Program-made: the position numbers and the translations under genes
Notes under the pieces: generated by a model
Database searches by the model: none
Seen by the model: only the letters and a program-made list of their open reading frames with translations
What the model was told of the DNA's origin: nothing
In this document: in pieces, positions 51,746-63,800 of the stretch
How positions within the stretch are numbered: position 1 is the stretch's first letter
Layout: every line of letters starts with the position of its first letter
Assembly: GCA_964291265.2 (NCBI GenBank)
Contig: OZ219747.1
Coordinates: forward strand, 1,664,001-1,728,000
Length of the DNA: 64,000 bases
Direction: 5' to 3'
Source: Alphaproteobacteria bacterium
Lineage (GTDB): Bacteria > Pseudomonadota > Alphaproteobacteria > SP197

Positions 51746-53547
51746 GGATTGCCGAGATCAAAGAAGGCGGCGTCCTGGACACTGACTGTCGGCGCCACGA
51801 GGGCCCGGTCCAGAAAGTCATTGCGTTGCTCGCAGCTTGTTTCGGCTATGAGAAGACAGCCGTGGCATGCGGCTCCCTGCAGCATGCGCCCTTCGAGAGG
51901 GGAGTCGGGGCGATGTTCAGCACACACTGGATCATTCGAGCACAGACGACCCTTCTCGAGTGCGGCGTGAACATGCGTCTCAAGGCGTCGTCCTGCTTCG
52001 ACCAGACCACCGAGCGTGCCTTCGGCATCCGACGAGCCTGTATAGATCAGGATGCCGTATCCATTTTCGCCGGCATAGACACGTTCACGCAAGGAACTCG
52101 CGGGGTACCCGCAATCGAGGGCGATGGACGTCAACAGCATGTGGGAAAGCGAATGCAGCATCACATAGGCAAAACCGGGAAAGTCCTCGACAGAACGGTG
52201 ATGTTCTCTGGCCCATGCCCTCCACCCACTTTCAATCTCCTGACCTCGCTTCTGGACACCGGGTAGCGCCAGCCATTTCTCGATAGCGGCCTGACGAAAG
52301 GAGATGAAAACACCTTCACCGCGATTTTCGATGGCAGGGAGCCACTCGATTGTCTCTGCCAGCGCCGCTCTTGCCACACCGATGTCGAGTTCACCGTCCT
52401 TGTCCGGGTTGACGGCCTCGAAGCGTGTGAACCCGATCAGAGCCACGACCTCTCGCAGTCGGTGAACCAGGACGAGCTTGTCAATATCTGCGAGGGTTGG
52501 GATACCGCCCGGGTCCCAGTCTCCTCGAGGGAGCGTCTCGGCGTGGAACGTGTAACGCGGATCGTCGTGTCCAATGGTTAGGGACCCGTTGTTCAGCACG
52601 TCGAACTCGGCGGCCTTGACCGGAATGTCGTCTTCATCGCCACTGCGAAGCTGACGCCGGTACTCGGCGATCACGACATCATCATCGATGTTGGCGAACG
52701 CCGCATCGAGATCCGGTGATCCGCGGAAGTTGGCAAGCATGTTGACGTCGTCAAGCGTCTTCAGGCGATCAAGGTAAGGGGACACCATCGAGGCGAGGCC
52801 AACATCGTGTTCGGGAAGTGAGATGACACGCATCGTCTGTGGGAAGTAGGCGTTGCTCGCCGTGCGTACCAGGAGGCGATAGGGTTCACCGCAGGCTTCC
52901 CTGGCATACTGACCAATCCATGGTCTCTTGCCTTCGCAGGGGCCGAGAGACTCGGTGCCCGGCATGGAGGCTTCATAGAGAGAGCGCTCTTTGCCACATT
53001 CACAGACGGCGAACGCATCTCCGATATCGGCTCCGGTTCCGCGTTCTTCAAGCCACATGGGCCGTGCGCACGCCTTCCCACCAGGATGGACAAACCGCCG
53101 CCAGTCCAGATCGTCGATATGGCCCTTGCGGCATCCACAGACGAACCGCACCGGAACAACCGGCCTGCGCTTGCCCTTCTCGTTGCGGTATTGTCCCCCC
53201 TCCAGATCGTTCCACCGCACCAGCCGGCGCCGGCGCCACTGCGGATTGGTTGTCGAGGTCACGACGTCTTTCACGATGAACCATGTCGGAAAGATGCGGG
53301 CGCCTACAGGGCTCTTCTTGTCCTGTACGCCATCTTCATGGCGCGGAGGTGACTGGAGGACCAGCGCTGGCACGTTCAACAGGCGCTTCAGTTTGGCAAC
53401 GAGGCGAGGTTCGTCGATTTTTTCCCGTCTGAGCGCGGACCACTGTTCGAGGCTGGATACGACCACCGAACACTGTGGCAGATCGATCATGGCCCCTGGA
53501 CCATAGGTTGTGACGAGCTGGCTTTGGCGAAGGATGTTGTCGGTCAT
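51742..53547 (-). CDS. drmB: DISARM DUF1998 protein DrmB
   Basis: RQSQLVTTYGPGAMIDL, PVRFVC.C..GHI.D, H.LSH, GTLGGLV, CSNDPVC..ACHGC...ETSCE. Confidence 0.92.
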   Translation of the reverse strand: MTDNILRQSQLVTTYGPGAMIDLPQCSVVVSSLEQWSALRREKIDEPRLVAKLKRLLNVPALVLQSPPRHEDGVQDKKSPVGARIFPTWFIVKDVVTSTTNPQWRRRRLVRWNDLEGGQYRNEKGKRRPVVPVRFVCGCRKGHIDDLDWRRFVHPGGKACARPMWLEERGTGADIGDAFAVCECGKERSLYEASMPGTESLGPCEGKRPWIGQYAREACGEPYRLLVRTASNAYFPQTMRVISLPEHDVGLASMVSPYLDRLKTLDDVNMLANFRGSPDLDAAFANIDDDVVIAEYRRQLRSGDEDDIPVKAAEFDVLNNGSLTIGHDDPRYTFHAETLPRGDWDPGGIPTLADIDKLVLVHRLREVVALIGFTRFEAVNPDKDGELDIGVARAALAETIEWLPAIENRGEGVFISFRQAAIEKWLALPGVQKRGQEIESGWRAWAREHHRSVEDFPGFAYVMLHSLSHMLLTSIALDCGYPASSLRERVYAGENGYGILIYTGSSDAEGTLGGLVEAGRRLETHVHAALEKGRLCSNDPVCAEHRPDSPLEGRMLQGAACHGCLLIAETSCEQRNDFLDRALVAPTVSVQDAAFFDLGNP

Positions 53548-53552
53548 GATGT

Positions 53553-56500
53553 CTACTTGATGTCTTTGCCGTCCGGTGACTTGACCCCGAGAAGCACTCC
53601 TGGCTCCACGTCGCGCAGGGAGCGTGGTGAACGGAACCGGAAACGGTCTTCGCTGATCACGCCGCGGTCGGGATCGATCATCTCACGCAAGAGGCGTGTC
53701 GCATCTCCCTTGCCGCGTTCCGCTGTGTAGTGCAGGGACACACCGCCCTGTTGAACCGTGTCGGCAAGCTTCGCCCAATCGTCGAACAGGCTCTGCACAC
53801 GATCCCGGACGTGCGGACCGAAGTCACCTGGAAGGCCATCGGCATGAACCCTGGCGCGTTCGCCCACTGCGTCGGCCAGGGCGGTGGTTTCCGTCGCATA
53901 CCGCTCGACCAATCCCGCGTCTCTATTCGAGTTCAGGCCTGGAATGCCAAGTCGTGCCAGGGCAACCGCGACTGCGGGCAGGCCTCTGTCCATGGCCCTG
54001 GGCGAAAAGGGCGTGACACTGGTTGCCTCAACACTGCGGTAGAAGCTCTCGTGCCAGGCAGAAAAATGCTCGTAATGCGATCTGTCGCGGGGCTTGTGCA
54101 CATTCAGCAAGGTGATCACCAGTCCCGGACTATCTGCATCACGCCCAACCCGGCTTGTCGCCTGGATGTACTCGGCCGTCGTCTTCGGTTGGCCCGAGAC
54201 AAGCATCAGTCCAAGACGCGTGATGTCGAGACCAACCGAGATCATGTTGGTGGCGAGGGCCACATCGACCCGCTCATTGTTGCTGAAGTCCAGGGCCAGG
54301 CGCCTCTTGGCATCCGCGACTTCGCTGGTCGTCACCCGCGATGTCAACTCGACGGGTTCCAGGGCAGCTGTGCGGTTGGCAAAGAGTCCGGGTGTTTCAT
54401 CAGGACGCATGCGGAGTTTGCCATAGGTCCGCAGTCGGGAATTGATCTCATCCTCGACAATGCGCCGCGCACTGCCGAGTTCCCTGAGGGCGTTGAAGTA
54501 GGCCACGACCGTCATGTAGGGATCGGCCGGGTTGGCGTTACCGCTGGTCGATGCCGCATCCCATGCGGCCTGGGCTGCCGCCATGACCGTGATGGCGCAT
54601 CGCAGGAAGATCACCTTGGATCCCCGTCCTGGAGCGGCGATGCCAAGATAGAGCCGCGGGTTGATCTCCTCGCGGGATGCCTGTTTCGCGAAGAAGGAAT
54701 CCCTGCGGTCAAGGCCCGGCGCCGGGAAGACCGATACCGTGGAACGACCGAAGAGTGCGCGGATCTGTTTTTCGGCGAGGCGCACCGTGGCCGTGGAGGC
54801 GATGATCTTCGGGCGCACGACCTTGTCACCGATCCGACGCTGGCAGAGATGATCGATCGCTGTTTCGTAGAGACCCGCCATGGTGCCGAGGGGTCCCGAA
54901 ATCAGGTGAAGTTCATCCTGGATGATGAGATCGGGCGGGTGAGGATTGTCGGCATCACCGCCACGGAAGAAGCGTGCCGTCTCGCCGGTCCACGGCATGG
55001 CGGCAAACTTGTCGGCCGTAGCGATCATGAACGCCGGCAGGCGTGCATAGATCGGTTCGTCGACGGCGACAATGGGAAGAGGTCGTTTGCTCGAGAAATC
55101 GCACTGCCTGCTGGCACAATAGACATGAAGATCAGTCGGCCGATTGGTGTCGGGATGGAGGCGGAAGGAATTCTTGCCGAATCTGGTGGCGCACCAGGGA
55201 CACTGTTCAAGGGGCAGCGGTGGTTCGCCTGACGTGTCGTTCCCATAGCGCAGTGCCCTCGATCTCGCCGTCTTGTTGGACGGATCACCCTTTTTGCCCA
55301 TGTAGTTGGGGGTGGCCGCGCGGCCCACCCAGAGCGCGATCTCGAAGGGCCAGGAACCAAGACGCCCGGGGTTGCCCTTCCTTTCCAGTTCAAGGGCACA
55401 GATGAGTGCTGCGGCACGGCCAAGCTGATCGAGAGTCAGCAGGCGAAGCGTGTAGCGCATGAGAACCGACAGCCCGCGATGCACAGGGTCCGGGTCCCGC
55501 AGTCTGCGCAGGACAAGGGTGAAGGCGGCGAGGCCAAGATAGGCTTCGGTCTTGCCGCCGCCTGTGGGGAAGAAGAGAAGGTCGACGAACTCCCTTTCGG
55601 GGTGTGTGGGTTCAGCGATCCCTCGAAGGTTCATCAGGATGTAGGCGAGCTGGAAAGGGCGCCACCGCGGTGGGGGCGCTGCCGACGGCGAGGAAATATC
55701 GGGCTTCTGGGCTTCCCGTCTGCGTGCCGCTCGGGCCATGGCCCTGTTGGCCATGCGGAATGCCTCCAGCACGTCCGGATCATTCAGAGAGTCAACGCCG
55801 CCTTCCAATCGGTGCGCTACTAATTTCGCGCGATTGACCAGCTCATTGGCGACCTCGCGCCGTCGCCCGGTGAAGGCCTGGGCAGCCTGGTTCTGCTCAT
55901 CGATCCAGTCCCGATAGGCCGTGATCAGGGGCATGAGCGACTTCCTTGCGGACTTCACATCCTGCAGGGAGCCGAGCGCTTCCATGGAGAGTTCGACATC
56001 GGTGATGTCGCGGGGTTCGACCCGCTCCACGGCAGCACGGGGCATCCATTCGCTGTGGACTTCACGGCACACATCGCCCGTCACCTCGGCCCGGACGGAG
56101 ACGTTGTGACCGACAGCAAACTCAGCCGTGTCGCGGAAGTGCAGATCGGCGAGGCGTTCATCCCAGTCCCGGCTCTCCAGGTCACGCGGGTCGAAGCGCG
56201 AGATGAAGGATTGGTCAGCTTCGACACACAGTGCGACCTGGAAGGCGTAAGCCGTGTCCTGAAGATCATCATCGCTCGCCGGAGGTCGGCGGTTGACGAC
56301 GAAAACCGACAGCGCACGAGCAGCCCGTGGACCACTGGCGTCTCGAACCTGAGTGGTCCGCGCCAAGCAGACCACCTGGAGGCCGTCGCTCCCTGGAATG
56401 GCATGGGAGGCCTGCTCACCGTTCCGAAGGGAAACGAGATCGACACGAACGCTTTCCCCGCGCGGTACACGCGTCCACTCGGCGTAGCGAAGGCGCCGCC

Positions 56501-56930
56501 CTGCCGCGTCATCGCCTTCACCCTCGGCGCCGAGCGCCTCGGTCCTGTCTGGATGATAGTCGCCCCAGGACACCGTCACGTCGAGGCTCTGACACTCTTC
56601 CTCGACCAGGACGCTCAGGCCCATTGACGAGGGAAAATGGACCCGCTTGGTCGTGCCACGTTCCGGCGTGGTCGCATCATCGCTTCCCTCCACCGGATCG
56701 GTTGGCTCGTCGAGCTCCTCTTCTGCGTCCTGGGCGCGCTGGGACTCCGGTGCGTTGGTCGGCACAAGAAACCCTGTCAGGTACCACAATGATGGCGCAC
56801 GGGAGAGACGTTCCTGGTGATACCGGGCATCGTCCGGTCCGGGACCGACAAGATCGAGGCGCAGGGCATCGATGATGTAATCGCGGACCGCTGCGCTGTC
56901 GGTCACGGAAGGCGTAGGAGACTGGATCAC
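53553..56930 (-). CDS. drmA: DISARM helicase DrmA
   Basis: LLFFPTGGGKTEAY, RYTLRLLT.DQ, CPWC, IIQDELHL, ATNMISVG.D, QATSRVGR. Confidence 0.93.
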   Translation of the reverse strand: MIQSPTPSVTDSAAVRDYIIDALRLDLVGPGPDDARYHQERLSRAPSLWYLTGFLVPTNAPESQRAQDAEEELDEPTDPVEGSDDATTPERGTTKRVHFPSSMGLSVLVEEECQSLDVTVSWGDYHPDRTEALGAEGEGDDAAGRRLRYAEWTRVPRGESVRVDLVSLRNGEQASHAIPGSDGLQVVCLARTTQVRDASGPRAARALSVFVVNRRPPASDDDLQDTAYAFQVALCVEADQSFISRFDPRDLESRDWDERLADLHFRDTAEFAVGHNVSVRAEVTGDVCREVHSEWMPRAAVERVEPRDITDVELSMEALGSLQDVKSARKSLMPLITAYRDWIDEQNQAAQAFTGRRREVANELVNRAKLVAHRLEGGVDSLNDPDVLEAFRMANRAMARAARRREAQKPDISSPSAAPPPRWRPFQLAYILMNLRGIAEPTHPEREFVDLLFFPTGGGKTEAYLGLAAFTLVLRRLRDPDPVHRGLSVLMRYTLRLLTLDQLGRAAALICALELERKGNPGRLGSWPFEIALWVGRAATPNYMGKKGDPSNKTARSRALRYGNDTSGEPPLPLEQCPWCATRFGKNSFRLHPDTNRPTDLHVYCASRQCDFSSKRPLPIVAVDEPIYARLPAFMIATADKFAAMPWTGETARFFRGGDADNPHPPDLIIQDELHLISGPLGTMAGLYETAIDHLCQRRIGDKVVRPKIIASTATVRLAEKQIRALFGRSTVSVFPAPGLDRRDSFFAKQASREEINPRLYLGIAAPGRGSKVIFLRCAITVMAAAQAAWDAASTSGNANPADPYMTVVAYFNALRELGSARRIVEDEINSRLRTYGKLRMRPDETPGLFANRTAALEPVELTSRVTTSEVADAKRRLALDFSNNERVDVALATNMISVGLDITRLGLMLVSGQPKTTAEYIQATSRVGRDADSPGLVITLLNVHKPRDRSHYEHFSAWHESFYRSVEATSVTPFSPRAMDRGLPAVAVALARLGIPGLNSNRDAGLVERYATETTALADAVGERARVHADGLPGDFGPHVRDRVQSLFDDWAKLADTVQQGGVSLHYTAERGKGDATRLLREMIDPDRGVISEDRFRFRSPRSLRDVEPGVLLGVKSPDGKDIK

Positions 56931-59900
56931 GATTTCCTCCGGGGGTCGGTTGCTGATTCCGAATCCGCCTGTTCTTCGTCTGCGCGCTCGGCGTTGAGCG
57001 CCAGCAGCTGACCCAGGACCTCGTCCCGGACCTCGTCGGGCCAGCGATACCGCCAGGGCTTCTTCTTCCTGCCCCAGGTCTCTTCGTCAATATCGTAGTC
57101 CAGCAGAAACTCGCACCTCGTCGGGATGTTGCGCCAACCGTAGGCGTCCAGCACGGCACGGTCCATCACTGCATGAAGCCGACGCAGTTCTTCGATGCGA
57201 GGGTCGCGTTCGTCCGGGTCGTGGAAACGGTTGTAGGTCCTGGTGAGACCTTCGTTGTTCTCGACCATCAGCGCGGCGCGAAATTCGTAATAGGCTTCTC
57301 CTGCCTCCTCAAGGGCGGGGTGGGTTTCCCAGTCTTCGGGGAAGGGAAAGGTCTCGAAGCAGTCGGAGGGGGTGTAGCGAAGTCGGTCCTCCATGGACGA
57401 ACCGAAGAAGCGGGCCCAGCTCTCGTGGAGCCGGGATTGCAGGGCGCAGAAGGCGGCGACGGTGCCGAAGGGAAAGACGATCATGGACTCGGCGTAGACC
57501 AACCTTCCCGGCAGGAAGGTGAAGGCCGCTTGCTGTCCTACTCTGGAAATCACCAGGACACGGTTCATGCCGTTGATGGCGGCGTACAGTTCGCCAGCAG
57601 AAGAACCGTACCGCCACCAGAAGTCGGCTCGTTTTCGCCCGATGGCGTTCGTCGTGAGATGTGCGCGGGCCGGCTTCACCCTCGCTTCGACAATCGCCAG
57701 CAACTCGGGCCAGTCCGCTGCCACTGGATCTGGATAGTCCAGCGGCACGGTTCCCGAGCGCAGCCAATCCCGCTTGGCATCCCCGTCCGCCCACCGCCAC
57801 GTTCTTCCGAGATTCATGCGCCGCAGCGGCCAGTTGCGGAAGTTGATGACATGGCGATGGTGAGCGTGGGTCGGGCTGGTATTGACCTCCTCGCCGCCGA
57901 TATAGGGGAAGATGACATCGGCGTTGCTCGGATCGTCCTCGATCAACCGCTCCATGTCCGACAGTGATGACGCTGCACCCTTCGTGTCCGTGTCGTCAAA
58001 CGTGAAGCCCATGCCAAGCACGATGCTGCCCTGGAAGCTCTTGCGGGCATTGGCTTCCAGCCGTTCCGGATCGTCATGCCAACTCCCCGGTGCCAGGAAC
58101 GCCGAAATGGACTCGACCTCCTTTTCGTCGATGGATCGGGAACTCACATCCCCTTCCTTGATGATGTGGACCACGCTGACCACGACGGCGGCCTCGCCCG
58201 GCCACTTGAGTCGTTTTTGGACGCGGTAGATCTCCCCGCCGTTCTTGCAGATCCAGCGCAGACCTGTTGAACGCGTGTCGCCCTGACCGATGGTATTGGT
58301 GGCGATGAGACCGAGGGTACCGCCCTGGCGCAGAAGACCGAAGGCGTGGCGGAAGAAATGGGCGGCGAGATCCGCGTTACCGTGGCTTCCTCGGTGCTTG
58401 TGCTTGAGCCAGTCGAGGTAGGCATCGGGATTGCCGGCGATCAGCGTGTTCTTGCCGGCAAAGGGTGGATTGCCGACGATAACGTCGAATCCCGGATTGT
58501 CGCGGTCGAAGACTTCGGGGAATTCGAGCTCCCAGTGAAACGGCGTCAGTGCCAGGCGCTCACTGACCACTTGCGATATCTGCTCGCGCCAGTGGTCGGC
58601 GAAACGCATGTCGCCGAGCGCCAGGCGGAGTTCCTCGCGTTCTCTCGGCTTGTGTGCTGCGAAGAAGGCCGCCAGGACCAGGGCTGCCGTCAGGTTGATG
58701 TCCGAGAGTTCCTCTTCGACCTCGTCGAGAAGTTCCCGCAATTCCTCTTCACCCGCCTGATCTCCGATGTCGCGGATGAGATTGCGTATCTCCGCGACCC
58801 GCTCCAGACGCTTGTTGATCTGCAACGGATCCGTCCCGAGCTGGAAATGCTTCGCATCGGCGTCCCAGCTGAATCCTTCGATCTGTTGCCGACTGAGGCC
58901 GACCAGCGAGTCGCCGTGACGCAGTGCGTGGTCGACAAAGATGAACTCGTGGTCTCTTGACAACGTGACGAGCCACAGGGCGAGTCGACCCAGATCGATG
59001 GCCATGGCGTTGCGGTCAACACCATAGAGGCAGCGTTGAGCGACGAGACGCCTCGCGTGCAGCAGCTGATCCTCATCCGCGCCGAGATCCTGCGGAGCGC
59101 CATGACGGCCCCAGGCTTCGACCAGGCGCACCGACAACTGGCGGCAGGTCTCGACAAGAAAGGCCGCGGACCCCGTTGCGGGATCGAGGACCTTGAGGTC
59201 GAGGATCTCCTCTGGCCGCGCCTCAGGACCCAGGCGGGCGAGAACCGGACGCAGGGCCTCCCTCACGATCGGTTCGGTGAGGGAACGGGGCGTGTAGTGG
59301 CTCCCCGAACGCCGGCGCTCATCGGAGGGCTGCAACACGGGAGTGCCGATGGGCGTGACATCGGGGGTCGCGTCCCGATCGATGACGCGATCAAGGGCTG
59401 CGACCAGGTCAGGAATCGTCGATGCCTGACGCAGGACCCTTGCCGCCTTGTCCGGAAGTTTTCGGGCCGTTGCGTCCTGAAGGGCCTTCGCTCGCCTTGC
59501 TCCATCGAGGCCGATCAGATGATCGAGGTCGACGACGACGGCGGCGCCCGTCCGCTTCGGCGAGGCGACGGCGATCGAGCGACCCGTGGTGGTCTCGACA
59601 CGGAAACCCATGATCGCCTCGTAGACCGAACCGATCTGCTCGACATCAAGAGTGCGATAGGAGAGGCGCTCCCCGTCCAGCATCATCAGCGATCGAAGGA
59701 CCTTCCAGACACATCCGTCCGGCACCAACGGAATCGAGGGTTCATCGTCTCCATGGCGTCCCTCGAGAAACCCGAAGCGGTGGGGGTCGAAGAGGGCGCC
59801 GCGGCGCGCGACGAAGGAAAGATCGCCGTGTCCGCCGCCGCCGTGGATCAGCCGGAAGAGGGACAGCAGCTGCGCCCAGGCGCCGAACCGCTGATCCATC

Positions 59901-60883
59901 GTATCGGGCCAGGCCGCGGCATCGGCGCGCAACCGGGAGAAGAGGCCGCTCAGGGAATAGTGCTGCTGGTAGACACGATGATCGGGCATGAGCCCGCGGT
60001 CTTCGGCATAGAGAATGAAGACCAGACGCATGAGCGTTGTGACAAGACCACCGTAGAGTTCGTCGGGGGAGGGCCGGCTTGACGAGTCGCGGCGCGCGTC
60101 CGCCGCAACAAACCCGCGAAGCAATTCGTAGAGCGCCGCCAGCACCTGGCGGGCGAGCTTGGTGGAAACTCCGGCCTGAGCATCCCGGCTTGCTGCAAGA
60201 AGTGCCGGCAACCGTGATGTCTCGGGACCACTGAAGAGAGAGTCGGCACACAGCAGCATGTCGAAGGCCGCAAGGATCGGCCGTCCCGCCGGTTGCGCCA
60301 TGGCTGACAAGTCGAAGTCGAGATGTCCCGACGTTTCACCCTTCGGAGCGTAGACGAGACGGACCCGTTCATCCGTCGCGAGCAGCCCGATCGGAATCCC
60401 TGTCTCTCGCAGCAGGCGCTCGAACCGGGCGTGTCGAGATGCGTTCCATCCTTCGCTGTCGTCCGCAGGCCTGTCGAGATCCGCGCCGGCGTCCTCGATG
60501 CCGATCAGCATGATCCAGTTGGCATCGTCGGCCGCACCCCCGGGAACGGCCCATGTCGGGGAGAGCACGGCCTGCAGCTCCGGCAAGGCAATCTCGAGGG
60601 TGTCGCGGTGCTGGGTTGCGTCAATGAGATCGCTCTCTTCCCACCGGAGATACTCCAGGAAGAGCCGACGCAGATCGGGAGCCCGAAATCCGGTCGAGGC
60701 GCCTTCTCCGGTCTCTTCAAGAAGGTCGCGAAACTCCCTTTGGCGCCCCATCATGTTCCGATCGGGAACCACCTGGGCGTCCACCATCACGAACGGAGCG
60801 ACGACGAGGCCCGTGGGCTGAACGAACCCGAGCCACTCCTGGTGGGCGAAGACAAGGGCCCGATGCTGTCGGTCCATGCTCAT
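56927..60883 (-). CDS. drmMI: DISARM N6-adenine DNA methyltransferase DrmMI (Eco57I-like)
   Basis: GSHYTP, VLDPATGSAAF, YGVD.N, FHW.LEFPEVF, VGNPPF, C-terminal target-recognition region; ATGA overlap with drmD. Confidence 0.88.
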   Translation of the reverse strand: MSMDRQHRALVFAHQEWLGFVQPTGLVVAPFVMVDAQVVPDRNMMGRQREFRDLLEETGEGASTGFRAPDLRRLFLEYLRWEESDLIDATQHRDTLEIALPELQAVLSPTWAVPGGAADDANWIMLIGIEDAGADLDRPADDSEGWNASRHARFERLLRETGIPIGLLATDERVRLVYAPKGETSGHLDFDLSAMAQPAGRPILAAFDMLLCADSLFSGPETSRLPALLAASRDAQAGVSTKLARQVLAALYELLRGFVAADARRDSSSRPSPDELYGGLVTTLMRLVFILYAEDRGLMPDHRVYQQHYSLSGLFSRLRADAAAWPDTMDQRFGAWAQLLSLFRLIHGGGGHGDLSFVARRGALFDPHRFGFLEGRHGDDEPSIPLVPDGCVWKVLRSLMMLDGERLSYRTLDVEQIGSVYEAIMGFRVETTTGRSIAVASPKRTGAAVVVDLDHLIGLDGARRAKALQDATARKLPDKAARVLRQASTIPDLVAALDRVIDRDATPDVTPIGTPVLQPSDERRRSGSHYTPRSLTEPIVREALRPVLARLGPEARPEEILDLKVLDPATGSAAFLVETCRQLSVRLVEAWGRHGAPQDLGADEDQLLHARRLVAQRCLYGVDRNAMAIDLGRLALWLVTLSRDHEFIFVDHALRHGDSLVGLSRQQIEGFSWDADAKHFQLGTDPLQINKRLERVAEIRNLIRDIGDQAGEEELRELLDEVEEELSDINLTAALVLAAFFAAHKPREREELRLALGDMRFADHWREQISQVVSERLALTPFHWELEFPEVFDRDNPGFDVIVGNPPFAGKNTLIAGNPDAYLDWLKHKHRGSHGNADLAAHFFRHAFGLLRQGGTLGLIATNTIGQGDTRSTGLRWICKNGGEIYRVQKRLKWPGEAAVVVSVVHIIKEGDVSSRSIDEKEVESISAFLAPGSWHDDPERLEANARKSFQGSIVLGMGFTFDDTDTKGAASSLSDMERLIEDDPSNADVIFPYIGGEEVNTSPTHAHHRHVINFRNWPLRRMNLGRTWRWADGDAKRDWLRSGTVPLDYPDPVAADWPELLAIVEARVKPARAHLTTNAIGRKRADFWWRYGSSAGELYAAINGMNRVLVISRVGQQAAFTFLPGRLVYAESMIVFPFGTVAAFCALQSRLHESWARFFGSSMEDRLRYTPSDCFETFPFPEDWETHPALEEAGEAYYEFRAALMVENNEGLTRTYNRFHDPDERDPRIEELRRLHAVMDRAVLDAYGWRNIPTRCEFLLDYDIDEETWGRKKKPWRYRWPDEVRDEVLGQLLALNAERADEEQADSESATDPRRKS

Positions 60884-63800
60884 CCCGACCTGGGCCACAG
60901 GTAGACGAGGCCGATCGGGTCCAATCTGGATGCCTGGACCCTGAATGACTCTGCAATCCGTCCCGGCTCCGACACACGTTCCCTTTCGATCTCCTCGAGA
61001 CGCCGCTGCCAGGCTCGCAGATCCGCCTGACGTTGGCGTTGCTCGGCGTCATCGAAATCGAACTGGGGCTCATCCTCGTGTGCAGCCTTGGCAGCCCTGG
61101 CAATCCGTTCACGTTGACGCTCGAGCAACTCGACCATGGCCTTCTGCTCGACCTCGGAACGCTTGCCAAGGCGTTCCCGGGCCGTGTCCTCGTGTTCACG
61201 TGCCCGGCGTTCAAGGTGCGGCAGAAGGTCCTTGATGTCGCGGGCCGCCGCTTCCTTCAAGCGTTCGCTCACCTTCTCCGGTACCCGCGATCGTCCGACC
61301 TCATCGAGCGCCGATTGCAAGGAGGCAAGTGTTGTCCGTTCGCCTGTCCGGCCATAGACCTCGAGAGCGCCGCGACGCCGATCGGGCTCGATCCAGCGTG
61401 CCGCGACCGCGATGATCTCTTCATGCAGACGCGCGGCCCTTGGCCCGTAGACAGCGAGGCGGCCAAGCAACAGCACGCGCGGGATCGAATCGGAGGTCGA
61501 GGTGAGACACGCCTTGGAGAGATCATGATGGATCAGGCCCTGCGACGTGAAGCGCCCGAGCAGGCGCTTCGCCACACGGTGCTCGAGGTGCAGGTGAACG
61601 GCATTGTCACCCAGGCGACCGGCGTCCTCGAAGACGACGGGCCTGATGGCGGCACGGCGGCGCCATTCGCCCAGGGTCTCTCCTTTCTGTCTTCGCGCCC
61701 GCAGGGAATCAAGGGCCGCAGCCCACCCCGCATCCCTGACAAGGGCATCGTCTTCGGCGGGAAACGTGAAGCGCTGCGGCGCATCCTCCGACGTTTCTGC
61801 GTCCAGTTCCCTGATACCAGGCGCACGTGCGAGCTGCAGGCCCATGGAAAGGGTGTCGCGGAACTGCTCTGCGGCGATGCCGATGTGCCTGCGTGATCGA
61901 TCCAGACCGTTTCGCAGTCTGTCGATCTCCTCGCGCAAGACATCCTGACGTCGACGGGACGATTCGAGTTCTTCTTCAACTGTCCTGCGGTGCTTGTCGG
62001 CTCTGGCCGATCTGATGGAGATGGTGAGGGCATCGAGGGCGTCACGCCGCATGCCCTCTCGACCAAGCGAGCTAGCGATGCGATTCTCCACCACCCTTGC
62101 GACACTCCCGAGTTCCTCGCGAATGCGCTCGACCTTCTCGACCAGGACCTGAAGCACCCGGTCCTCCGGGCGCTGGCGGAAGACAAAGTAGCGGCAGATC
62201 ACCTCGACTGCGGGCTGGAGCTTGCGATCGATGCGGCCGTTGCGCTGATCCAGACGGCTGGGATTCCAGGGGAGGTCGAAATGGAAGAGGTCGTGACAGT
62301 GACGCTGCAGGTTGAGTCCCTCCCGTGCCGCATCGGTGGCGATCAGGATTCGAAGCGGATCACTGTCGGGTTCGGTGTTGAAGGCATGCTTGATGTCTTC
62401 GCGTCTCTGGCGGGACGTTCTTCCGGTGAAGGCCGCGATCCGCTCGGAAGCCTGATCGGAATGCTCGATCGCTTCTTCCAGGCAGCCTTGCAGCCAGCGC
62501 CTCGTATCTTCGTACTCCGTGAAGACAAGCAGGCGTCGGTCGTTCCACTGAGGGGGTGTCGAGCGCTCGGACGACAGGATCGAACACATGTTCTCGTCGA
62601 TCCACCTGATGATGGCTTCGGCGCGTGGATCGGGATCGTAGCGGGCCGTCTCGGCAATGCTTGCCATCGCGTCGACACTCCGGAGTTCCGCCGTCAGGGC
62701 CACTCTCGTGTTCTCGCATCGGCCATCGCTCGTCGCCGCGGTGGCGGTCTCCATCAATTCGGCAAGGTCGCGTTCCGACTGGTCCGCTTCCCGTGCATCG
62801 CCAGGATCGTCTCCGTCCTCCTCTTCGGGGACCGTATCGGCAAGGTCTTCGTCGCCATCAACACCCACAGTCAGGCGTTCGAGTTCGGCATGGGTTCCGT
62901 CCGAGAGGGTCGACGCGGGTTCCTCCTTCTCGAGGGCCCGCACCACACTTCTGCGGTGCACCGCGAGCGTGCGCGCGAAGGCGTCGATGGATGAGAGAAG
63001 GCGCTTCTGCAGTCCGCCGATGACAAGAGCGCCGGCGGCCTGGCGGGACCGGGACTCCTGCGAAAGTCTCTTCTCTCGCAAGGACCGATACTCCTCGAGC
63101 ATCTCCGCCAGCCGCAGTTCGGGTGCATCGTCGGGCAGGTGATCGATGGTGACGGGTCGGACCGTGCGCTTCGGAAATCCGCCCTGAAGTTCGCGGATGT
63201 CCGACTTGAGGCGCCTGATCAACACGTCATCCAGATGGCTCTTGAGGACGGGAACACCGCGACAGAACCTCTGGGGATCGAGAATCTCCAGCAGGGCGGA
63301 GAAGCTGTTCGAGTGCCCGTTGTGAGGTGTTGCCGAGAGAAACAGTCGGTGCTCGAACCGCGGCGCGATATCCCGGATGGCTCGTGTGATCTGGGAGTCG
63401 ATGGCGTAGCGCGCACCGCTCGACGGGGCAACGTTGTGAGCTTCATCGAGGATGAGCAGGGACTGCGGTGCGAGTTCGCCGAGCCAGTCCTGCAATCCCG
63501 AGGCGTAGGTTGGGTCAACCAGGAGGCGGTGGGAAATCAGGAACCGCGAATGGGTGGTCCAGGGATTGACCGAGAAACCCCGTTCCCGGCGCATGCGTGT
63601 AACGTAGAGGCGGTCGAGAATGACAAAGGAGAGGCCGAACCGGGCTTCCATCTCGTCATGCCATTGATCGAGCATCGATGGAGGGCAGCACACCACGATC
63701 CGGTCAATCCGGCGCCGCAGCAGCAACTCACGGGCGATCAGCCCGGCCTCGATGGTCTTGCCGAGTCCGACATCGTCCGCGATGAAGAGGTTCACCCGTG